Source of the DNA: Pirellulales bacterium | GTDB taxonomy: Bacteria > Planctomycetota > Planctomycetia > Pirellulales > PALSA-1355 | Reading direction: 5' to 3' | Assembly: GCA_963733035.1 (NCBI GenBank) | Contig: CAVTBU010000006.1 | Coordinates: 32,001 to 96,000 of the forward strand | Length of the DNA stretch: 64,000 nt | Notes under the pieces: model-generated | The model's database searches: none | What the model was told of the DNA's origin: nothing | The model's input: only the letters and a program-made list of their open reading frames with translations | Shown here: positions 11,869-20,661 of the stretch, piece by piece | Numbering within the stretch: the first letter of the stretch is position 1 | Layout: each line of letters opens with the position of its first letter | Made by a program: the position numbers and the translations under genes

Positions 11869-13275
11869 ATGGAAGTCAATCCCGCTTCGCAAACCTTGAA
11901 GGTTCTGGTTGTAACGGAAGATCGCATTTTACAGCGGCAGCTGTCCGGTTTCTTTGAGCTGGTTGGCTACCAAGTGCTACAGGCCGCCGAGCGTCCATCG
12001 GCGCTTGCGGCCGTGGCGGCAGAAAGTCCGCAGATCGTACTGCTCGACGCGGAACTGGCCGCCGCCGGCGACTGGGAACTTTGCAGCTTGCTGGCACAAC
12101 GTCAGCCGGGGAGCGCGCCGTTCAAGTTCGTGCTGGTCGACGAACCGGACGTACAGCAATTGCACGAAGCGCTCGAAGCGGGGATCGACGACTTCTTGAT
12201 CAAGCCGGTGGCCTACGGCGAACTCCTTTCGCGGATGAGGTCTGCCGCCCGCGTGCTGGAATACGATCGGCGCGTGAGTCAACAGAGTCGCGTCGATCCG
12301 CTGACGGGGCTGCTCAGCCGCGCGGCGATGTCCGCCCACTTGCGGCGGCAACTTGCCGACCACGCCGGGACTCCGCGCGTGGCCTGCGTGGTGCTGGATA
12401 TCGACTTCTTTTCCCGTATCAACAGGCTGCATGGCGCGGCTGCGGCCGACACCCTGCTGCAAGCCTTTGCACAAGAGCTTAGTCGTTTGCGGGTTGGTTC
12501 CGAGGTGCTAGGTTGTTTGGGCGTCGACCGCTTTTGCGTGATGCTGCCCGGCACGAATGAGGAGACGGGGGCGGAATGGGCCGAGAATGCACGCGAGGCG
12601 CTTACCGCGTGCAGCTTCAAGATCGGCGAAACGCATTGCACCGTCACTGTAAGCGTCGGCGTGGCCGGCTGCGAGGCCTCAGAGCGGGCCGAGCAATTGA
12701 TTGACCGCGCGGTTCAGGCCTTGCATAGTGCCAAGAAGCTAGGGCGCAATTGTGTCGTCACGTGGACGGAACAAGCGTCGCACGGCAATGAATTTGGTGC
12801 CGCGGACAAGCTCTTTGAGCATACAACCGTCCGCGATGTTATGACGCCTTGCACGGTGTTTCTGGGTCCAAGCGAGCCGGTGGCCGAGGCAATTGAACTT
12901 CTTGATCGCACGCGGCTCGACGGGATTCCGGTGGTCGACGCAAAAGGCAAGTTGCTTGGAGTATGCGAGCGCGTGAGTCTGGCTGAATTGGCCGAAACGG
13001 ATGATTCCCGCACCGTTCGTGATGCGATGACGACCGGCATCCAGTCGTTTAACGATGACGCGAGCCTGGCTGAACTAATGGACTATTTTACACGCGACAA
13101 CAATTCGCTGGTGATGGCCGTCACGGCGGGGAGACCGGTAGGATTCGTCACTTGCAACAGCCTGGTGGCGCTGTCGCGGCCCGTGAAAAGTGCCAGTCTT
13201 GTTTCCGAGCTCGAATACTGCGACAACAGCGACTACCTGTTGGTGCCCGATGTGCGACCGCTTGAAATGGAGTAG
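11869..13275 (+). CDS. Receiver + degenerate GGDEF + CBS-pair protein
   Basis: REC: KVLVV, VLLD, GIDDFLIKP. GGDEF fold: DPLTGL, LDIDFF, GVDRF, TVSVGVA, AKKLGRN. CBS: TVRDVMT, IPVVD..GKLLG, TVRDAMT. Confidence 0.85.
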   Translation: MEVNPASQTLKVLVVTEDRILQRQLSGFFELVGYQVLQAAERPSALAAVAAESPQIVLLDAELAAAGDWELCSLLAQRQPGSAPFKFVLVDEPDVQQLHEALEAGIDDFLIKPVAYGELLSRMRSAARVLEYDRRVSQQSRVDPLTGLLSRAAMSAHLRRQLADHAGTPRVACVVLDIDFFSRINRLHGAAAADTLLQAFAQELSRLRVGSEVLGCLGVDRFCVMLPGTNEETGAEWAENAREALTACSFKIGETHCTVTVSVGVAGCEASERAEQLIDRAVQALHSAKKLGRNCVVTWTEQASHGNEFGAADKLFEHTTVRDVMTPCTVFLGPSEPVAEAIELLDRTRLDGIPVVDAKGKLLGVCERVSLAELAETDDSRTVRDAMTTGIQSFNDDASLAELMDYFTRDNNSLVMAVTAGRPVGFVTCNSLVALSRPVKSASLVSELEYCDNSDYLLVPDVRPLEME

Positions 13276-13335
13276 CGAGTTGGGTGTGCGTCGATTCAAC
13301 CCTGCCAAGAGGCGAGTTGGGGCCGACTTACTCGC

Positions 13336-14658
13336 TTACTTGTTGATCACCACCGTGAAGTAGCTATCAACCACGCGGTCAAAGTACTCCGGCAGCATCT
13401 CGACCGGCAGATCGTTATAGGCACAGTAGTTACGTACCTGGCCCAGCAAGTCGCGCGGATGACACCGTCTCAGGGGCCGTTTGCCCTGGTAGTGTTTCTC
13501 CAACAGATAGTCAACAACCTCCGGACGGTACTCGCACTCGAACTTCTGGCAATAGAGTTCAAACAGCGTATGAAACTCTTCAGGGTTCGGATTGTCGATT
13601 TCGATCTTGTAGGGAATGCGTCGCAGAAAGGCCTCGTCGACCAGATCACTCGGCTCCAAGTTCGTTGAGAAGATTATCAACTGCTCAAATGGTACCTGGA
13701 ATTTCTTGCCCGTGGACAAGGTCAGGTAGTCTTGCCGGGCTTCCAGCGGAACGATCCAACGGTTGAGTAACTCGGCCGGTTCGATACGCTGTCGGCCAAA
13801 GTCGTCGATCAGCAAACAGCCACAGTTGCTCTTCAGTTGCAACGGGGCTTCACTGACGTTGGCCCGAGGATCGTGCCTGATTTCCAGGCTGTCCAGCGTC
13901 AGTTCTCCGCCCACGACAACCGTGGGACGTCGGATCTTGATCCAGCGGCGATCGAAATTCGCCGATCGCAGGATGCTTTCCTCGCGTTTCTCGACTGCCT
14001 CGTGATACGCGTTGTCGTAGAGCTTGATGATCTGGCCGTCTTCGATCAGGGCGTGGGGCACCCAGATATGCTGGCCAAAACACATGGTAATTCGCGTGGC
14101 CAAAGTCGATTTGCCGTTGCCGGGGTTTCCATAGAGAAAGAGGCCGGCCCCGGAGTTGATGGCCGGTCCCAGCGTCTCGAAAAGTTCATGTTCGACGCAA
14201 ATATCCGAAAACGCGTCAGTGAGTTGGCTGCGCTCTGGCGCTTCCGCTCGAATCGTTTGGGCCTCGACCGACAGCACGTAATCGGACAGCGGCACCGGGG
14301 CGGGACCGATATACGCGCAGGCCTCGAAGTAGGTTTGAGCGCGGGCGCGACCTTGCTCGGTCAGGGCGTAACTGTAGTCGCTGAGCGCCGCCGATCCAGT
14401 GTGTACGATAATCTGCCGCGTGCGGAGATCCTTGTAGATTGGCTCGAGCAGGCCGAACGGCAAGCACAAGTGGTCGGCAATCGCGCGGCCACTCGTTGTG
14501 CCCACGAGCGAGAGGTATTTGCAGACTTGCGCTTCGACCAACGATGCGGGCAATCCGGCTTCGTCCAACGAGTGGGGTTCTGCCGGACGAAACGCCTCGT
14601 CAGACAGCAATGTCGCGAGCAGGCTCTCGCGGGTATCTTTCGTGGAGGTAGTCGACAT
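13336..14658 (-). CDS. AAA+ ATPase of unknown function with an N-terminal winged-helix-like region
   Basis: Walker A GNPGNGKST, Walker B LLIDDFGRQ, sensor FSTN, arginine finger DEAFLRRI. Confidence 0.8.
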   Translation of the reverse strand: MSTTSTKDTRESLLATLLSDEAFRPAEPHSLDEAGLPASLVEAQVCKYLSLVGTTSGRAIADHLCLPFGLLEPIYKDLRTRQIIVHTGSAALSDYSYALTEQGRARAQTYFEACAYIGPAPVPLSDYVLSVEAQTIRAEAPERSQLTDAFSDICVEHELFETLGPAINSGAGLFLYGNPGNGKSTLATRITMCFGQHIWVPHALIEDGQIIKLYDNAYHEAVEKREESILRSANFDRRWIKIRRPTVVVGGELTLDSLEIRHDPRANVSEAPLQLKSNCGCLLIDDFGRQRIEPAELLNRWIVPLEARQDYLTLSTGKKFQVPFEQLIIFSTNLEPSDLVDEAFLRRIPYKIEIDNPNPEEFHTLFELYCQKFECEYRPEVVDYLLEKHYQGKRPLRRCHPRDLLGQVRNYCAYNDLPVEMLPEYFDRVVDSYFTVVINK

Positions 14659-14924
14659 AAGCTTTCTCCCGAACGAGGTCGATGCCGATCCGCAGGGATT
14701 CGCAACCCTCAAAAGAAATGTAGGTTGCGTTTCTGGGACCGGCTGCTGGCAAATGGCGGCTCGGGAACCATCGACAAGTGCTGCAATAGCCCTGTCATAG
14801 GGCTCGGCAAGACGGCAAATGTGGAGAGCGGCTTGGGGTCGATATACGCGTATCGTGGAGCCCGGTGCGCATGGCGAGACATGCCTATCTGGAGGTGCCA
14901 TATTGGCAAGTCGGATGACTCGAC

Positions 14925-16388
14925 TTACGCAAGTAAGTCTTCGATGACTCGGGCCTCGGCCACGCCGGTCAACTTCTCATCGAATCCGTTGCGGTAATAG
15001 GTCAGTTTTTCGACGTCGAGACCCAGCAGGTGGAGCACGGTTGCATGCCAATCGCTGACGCTGACTGGATTTTCAGCCGCGGCAAAACCGAGTTCATCGG
15101 TCGAACCATAAGTGAGGCCGCGCTTGACACCGCCACCGGCCATCCATCCGCACATCGCACGTTTGTTGTGATCGCGGCCGGCATTTGCGGCGTCCATTCC
15201 GGCGCCGATCTGGGCAATGGGGAGTCGGCCCATTTCACCGCCCCACAGCACCAGGACGTCGTCGAGCATCCCTCGCTGTTTCAGGTCTTGCAGCAACCCA
15301 GCCACCGGCAGATCGGTACGATCGCAGGCAGACTTCATTGCGCTGGCAAGTTTTGCGTGATTGTCCCAGATCTGGCCATCGATAAAGATCTGCACGAATC
15401 GGACACCCCGCTCGACCAGCCGCCGCGCCATGAGGCAGCGGCGACCGTACGAATCGGTTGGCTCCTTGCCAATCCCATAAAGTTCCATCGTGGCTGCTGA
15501 TTCTTTGGTCAGGTCGAGTGTATCGGATGCCGACATTTGCATCCGGGCTGCGAGTTCGTAACTTGCAATGCGGGCTTCGAGCCGCGGATGATTAGGACGC
15601 TGGCGACGGTGTGCGTCATCGAGCAGGCCAGCCAGCTGTCGTTCGATGGGCGTGATCTCGTCTGGTTCGTCGAAGTCCCGGTTGAGGTTCAGCACCGGAG
15701 CGCCTTGCGATCGAAAACGCGTCCCCTGAAAAACGGGCGGCAAGAAACCGCATTGCCAATTCTGCGTGCCGTTCACAGGCAGCCCTTGGGGATCGTCGAG
15801 CACGACATACGCGGGCAGATTCTGATTCTCGGTGCCCAGTCCATAGGTTATCCAGGAGCCCAGACTGGGGTAACCGGGCAACATGCGTCCGTTTTGGATC
15901 TGGAAGATCGCCGGCTCGTGCGTGATGTTGACGGTGTGCATCGAGCGAATGACCGAGATCTCGTCAGTGCATTTGGCCAAGTGGGGCATGGCGTCGGATA
16001 CCCACATGCCCGACTCGCCATACTGGGCGAACTTGAACGGGCTCTTCATCAAGGCTCCAGCCTCGTGCGGGTTTTCGACCTCGCCGGCAATCTGGTCGAA
16101 ATAAGGCTGGCCGTGCCGCCGCGCCAGCTCTGGCTTGGGATCGAACAAGTCCATCTGACTGGGACCACCGTTCATGAACAAGTGAATCACGGCTTTGGCA
16201 CGTGGTTCGAAATGCGGATTGCGGGCCACCAGGTCGGACGGCACGGACTTTTCCGCGGTTTTGGCAAGTCCGCCGGCCAGCACGTCGTCGTTCAGCAGGG
16301 AGGTCAGTGCCACTGCGGTGAATCCCGCGCCGACGTGTTCGAAAAATAGGCGGCGAGATAGCCTGGCGTGGATTGGCTTTTGAGCCAT
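14925..16388 (-). CDS. DUF1501 family protein with a Tat-like signal
   Basis: LSRRLFF, AKAVIHLFMNGGPSQMDLFDPKP, CLMARRLVERGVRFVQ, WDNH, GEMGRLP, GRDHN. Confidence 0.88.
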   Translation of the reverse strand: MAQKPIHARLSRRLFFEHVGAGFTAVALTSLLNDDVLAGGLAKTAEKSVPSDLVARNPHFEPRAKAVIHLFMNGGPSQMDLFDPKPELARRHGQPYFDQIAGEVENPHEAGALMKSPFKFAQYGESGMWVSDAMPHLAKCTDEISVIRSMHTVNITHEPAIFQIQNGRMLPGYPSLGSWITYGLGTENQNLPAYVVLDDPQGLPVNGTQNWQCGFLPPVFQGTRFRSQGAPVLNLNRDFDEPDEITPIERQLAGLLDDAHRRQRPNHPRLEARIASYELAARMQMSASDTLDLTKESAATMELYGIGKEPTDSYGRRCLMARRLVERGVRFVQIFIDGQIWDNHAKLASAMKSACDRTDLPVAGLLQDLKQRGMLDDVLVLWGGEMGRLPIAQIGAGMDAANAGRDHNKRAMCGWMAGGGVKRGLTYGSTDELGFAAAENPVSVSDWHATVLHLLGLDVEKLTYYRNGFDEKLTGVAEARVIEDLLA

Positions 16389-16398
16389 GTCGTGCACC

Positions 16399-19300
16399 TT
16401 AGTCGATGTACAGGAAAGCGGCGGAATTGAAGAGTGCGTGGCAGAAGTTTTCGAGCGCCTTGCGAGATGCGGCCTCATCGTCGATACGATCCTCGATGAC
16501 GATTAACCGCGGCGTGCTTCCGCGTGTGGTCCCATGCACGCCGTCGTCCCAGTCCTGGCGATATGCTTTACCGTCTTCCTCGGCGGTTAGCGCCAGGGCC
16601 AGCTTACCGTCAGACCGGATCGCATTCTGTAAGAGTTGGAAATCGCCGGCCGTGGCTGATCGAGAACGGACGTAGTTTCCCGAATGCAGATCATCGGCTG
16701 ACAATTCGAGTCGTCCAAGCGCCGCAAGGTTTTGTGCTCGGTCTTGTTTTTCCAAGACAAAACGCGTCCAGTTGAGTCCGGTTACACCGGATGGAATGAC
16801 CGCCGCGAACTGATGAATCGCGCCTGGGTCGATCTGGCCGAGTTCCAGATACGCGTCCTTGATCGGCATCTTAGCCAGCTGGCTGACGTCGAACTCCAGG
16901 ACACCAATCCGTCGTGCCCCGTCGGCGGCAGCCCGCGACCAGACCGAGATCAAATCGTTCTCGCAAACGTTGTCTGGCGCTGATTCACGAATCCAAAGAT
17001 GGGTCGTAGCGAGCAGTTCGTGACGCGTCCCTGCGGCGACGCTGGTCCAGGCGGCTTTCAGCTTGCTCAGACCATTGCCGGCCGCCGACACTTCCAGGTC
17101 AGTTGGCGGTCGCCCGGCTGCGAGCCAGTAGGCGACTTCGATCTGCCGCTTTTCGTCCGCGCCGGCAACGTTCCAAACTCGGTCGGCGAAAGACCTGGCC
17201 AGGTTGCGCACGAGCGTACTGTTTTTTAACTGCAGTGCCTGGGGGGCCACGATCGACTCGCGCCGCTCGACGCAGTTGGGATCCATGCTTGCCACGTCGA
17301 AATTCTGCAGCATGGTCACCGGCTGAGTCCGCCGCTTGAGAGAATAGATGCTGCGACGCCACATCCCCTGGCCATCGGCTTGGACCGTGACGAGTCCCGC
17401 GGCGTTGGCAGACAGTGGATCTGGGGGGCCGAAGGGGCGCTCATTCAGCTTGCCCGCGACCGACAATAGGGCATCGCGCAGCACTTCGCCCTCCATCCGC
17501 CGCAATGGCATGCGTGAGAGGAGGGCATCGTCAGGATCCAGTCGGAGGTGCTCGTCCGTCACGTTTGACGACTGGCGATAGACCGAGCTGGTCATTAGTA
17601 GCCGATGCATCTGCTTGACGCTCCAGTCGTGATCGGTGAAATACACGGCGAGCCAGTCAAGAAGCTTCGGATGGGTCGGCGGGGCACCCGTAGTACCGAA
17701 ATTGTCCAGCGACTTCACCAAACCTTCACCGAAGTGATGTTTCCAGAGGCGGTTCACCATCACGCGGGCGGTGAGTGGATGACTCTTTTGCGTCACCCAT
17801 TTAGCCAAGGCCAAGCGGCGGCCAGTTTTCTGCGCCGGGCCACGGGGGCGAAACCTTGAAACGCGTGCGGCCATCGGTCAGCACTGAAGGCACACCAGGG
17901 CCGACCAGCGTCCCAGGTGTCAAGTAGTTGCCGCGGCGCAAGATGTATGTTGGCGACGGCTCGCCGCGGTCCCATACGGCGCGAATCATCGGCTGATCTT
18001 CCGGCTTGGCACCAGCGGCCTCCCAGGCTTCGCGTTCGGCCGTCGTCACGTACGGCAGTACCGATGACGCGTCGTCCTTGGGTTGGTCCGGTCCGCCGGT
18101 GCGCGGCGGCACCCAATCGTGTTCGTCGAGCGCGCCCTTGAGCGTCGCGGCCAAGCGATAGTAATCGCGCTGCGGAATCGGGTCGAACTTGTGTGAGTGG
18201 CAGCGGGCACATTTGATCGTCAAGCCGAGCACTGCCGAACTGAAGACTTCGATTTCGTCGTCAATCACTTCCAGCCGATCAGTGACGAAGCCGGTGATCG
18301 GCGCATACGTGGCATCGGCCGCCAAACGCAGGAATGCGGTAGCCACGAGATTGTCGTAGATCTCAGGAGTGATTTTCGGCGCGTTCTCATAGTCGGCCAG
18401 TTCGTCGCCGGCCAGTTGTTCGAGCAGGAAGCGATCGTAGGGTTTATCGCCGTTAAAAGCGCGGATCACGTAATCGCGAAATCGCCAGGCATAAGGTCGA
18501 ACCACATCGGCATTCTGAATGCCTTCCGAGTCGGAATAGCCGGCCAAATCGAGCCAATACTGTCCCCAGCGCTCGCCGTAGTGCGGAGAGGCCAAAATCT
18601 TTTCGACAAGTTGTTCATAAGCAGCGGGACTGGTATCAATCACAAATGCATCGATTTCGTCGGGCGTTGGTGGCAGGCCGATAAGATCGAAATACACGCG
18701 TCGTGCGAGCGTTCGTCTGTCCGCTTCGGGCGAGAGTGACAGTTTGTGCTCTTCAAGCTTTGCCAGCACGAACGCATCGACCGGATTGCGGACCTTGTCT
18801 GTCGCTCGAACCGGCGGTGGTTCGATTGACTTGGGCGGTTGAAACGACCAGAACCGTCGATCTTCGTCGGTCACGAGCGGATCGGGCTGTCCGTTGGCAA
18901 TGTCGGGTTTGATATCGCCGCGAGGTGCACCGGCAGCAATCCATTTTGCGAGAGTTTCGCGTTCGATTTCCGTCACCGGCCTGACCGAGTAAAACGCCAA
19001 CGTTTTACGGGGCGGCATCTCGCCCGCATGAATTCGCTTGTGAATCAAACTCTCGGCCGGATTTCCGGGAACGATTGCCGGGCCCGACTTACCTCCCTTG
19101 AGCAGGCTGGCGACGCTCCGCACGTCGAGCCCACCTTCTTGTCGTTGACGTCCATGGCAAATGGCACATCGCAACAGCAACGTCGGCAGAACGTCGTGCT
19201 CGGAAAGCTGCTTTTCGGCGACTTGGGCCGTATTGCCCATCGGCGCACCCGCGTCGATCCAGCGTTCGATGATGGCGATGTCCTCGTCATCAAGTTGGCC

Positions 19301-19657
19301 TTCGTCGGCCGGCGGCATAATGCGCTCGTGCGCGTATTCGTACAGTTTTCCCTCGCGCGGGTTCTCAAAGTCGAGAATTGGCCCCGACTCCCCGCCTCGG
19401 CGGATCCCCTCCGGAGTGCTCAGGTTCAGGGCCGACTTCTGGGTATCGCCGCCGTGGCAATACTCGCAACTGGCTGCGAAGATCGGCTGGACTTTCTGGG
19501 AAAAATAGCGTGCGTCGACGGCAGCTGCTTCATCGCCCTCGGCAATCACGTTGCCAGGCAGCAGACCAAGAATTGCCAAACCCACGGTCAGCACCAGGGA
19601 GGCATACCGTTTTGAGTGACGCGCATGTTTTCTCGCTGGGCACCGGTTCATGCTCAT
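16399..19657 (-). CDS. PSCyt1 x2 / DUF1549 / DUF1553 multiheme protein with an extra beta-rich insert, interrupted by a frameshift near 17826-17832
   Basis: [25 protein letters not shown] and [11 protein letters not shown] in ORF 17801..19657; [29 protein letters not shown] and [10 protein letters not shown] in ORF 16399..17874. Confidence 0.85.
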
Positions 19658-19679
19658 ACCGGGGTCGCGGGAAGGGTCG

Positions 19680-20336
19680 TTATTCAGCCAAGGTCATGCT
19701 TTTGACTAACGCCTCGACGGCCGCCAGTTTGTTTCCTCGGCGGAACACATCGACGATCTGTTTGTGCTCGCGATACAGGTCCATCAAATCCTTATAGCCG
19801 CGATGCGATTGCCAGAAATGCGAACGCACACGTACCACAATCGCCGACCAGATCGCTTCCAGATCCTTTTGACCTGCTCGGCGAATAATGGAACGATGAA
19901 ACGCAATGTCGCAGTTTACCGTTTCAGCGCAGTCGCGGCGCTTGCATGCCGTCTTGAGTCGATCGAGGAGTTCTTCCCATATTCGGAAATCCTCCACCGT
20001 CAGACTCTCAAAGATCGTCGTCAGCGCAAACGATTCCAGAGTGGCCCGGACGGGCAGGATCAATTCGCGAATTTCGTCGGGTGGGGTTGCTGCCACGCGC
20101 ACGGAGCGGTGCGGAAGGGACTCAAGAAGGCCTTCGTGACTCAATTGCACAATCGCTTCGCGAATGGGAGTTCGGCTAACTCCGAAGCGATGCACGAGTT
20201 CCTGCTCGACGAGGCGCTCTCCTTCGCCGATGCGGCCGGAGAGTAGATCGTCGCGCAGTTGTTCGACGATTTGCTCGCGAAGTCCGAGGACCAAGCGGCT
20301 TTTGGTCGGTGAGTCGAGGCTGTTGTACTGCGGCAT
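19680..20336 (-). CDS. GntR (FadR subfamily, FCD) transcriptional regulator
   Basis: wHTH GERLVEQELVHRFGVSRTPIREAI; FCD DIAFHRSI...EHKQIVD. Confidence 0.92.
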   Translation of the reverse strand: MPQYNSLDSPTKSRLVLGLREQIVEQLRDDLLSGRIGEGERLVEQELVHRFGVSRTPIREAIVQLSHEGLLESLPHRSVRVAATPPDEIRELILPVRATLESFALTTIFESLTVEDFRIWEELLDRLKTACKRRDCAETVNCDIAFHRSIIRRAGQKDLEAIWSAIVVRVRSHFWQSHRGYKDLMDLYREHKQIVDVFRRGNKLAAVEALVKSMTLAE

Positions 20337-20377
20337 CGGTTGGCGGTCTTGGGGCCGGAGGGCGGGAATCGCGGCTC

Positions 20378-20405
20378 ATTGTATACAGTATCCAATCTGT
20401 GTCAA
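20378..20405 (-). promoter_or_regulatory. Sigma70-type promoter of the gntR operon, overlapped by a palindromic operator
   Basis: Minus strand TTGACA (20405-20400), 16-nt spacer, TACAAT (20383-20378). Imperfect palindrome ATTGTATAC-A-GTATCCAAT at 20378-20396 contains TGTATACA. Confidence 0.6.
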
Positions 20406-20661
20406 ACTCTTTGAGCGAGCGGCCAGGCCGGCAGCCACTCCAGGCGAGTTGTGGATTGCAGCCAGGTTGACCCCTCGCATGGTTGACTTCGGTCGAACAA
20501 TTCGGGTATGTTTTCGCGCGTGAATTGCATTTTGCGCTGGCGCAGAACGACCTCACGTGGAACAGGTGATTCGGTCTTGCAGTTTGCCGGCGCCGCCAAT
20601 CTCTGGCGCGATGTCTGCGAAGACCGCCCGTAACCGGCCACTCCAAAGGCAGACGCTGACC

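Noticed and set aside
14701..14729. Inverted repeat CGCAACC...GGTTGCG upstream of the AAA+ ATPase
   Set aside because: Only a 7-bp stem with a long loop and no U tract; not enough to call a terminator or operator
13837..14997. 386-aa plus-strand ORF
   Set aside because: Antisense to the AAA+ ATPase; no recognisable features
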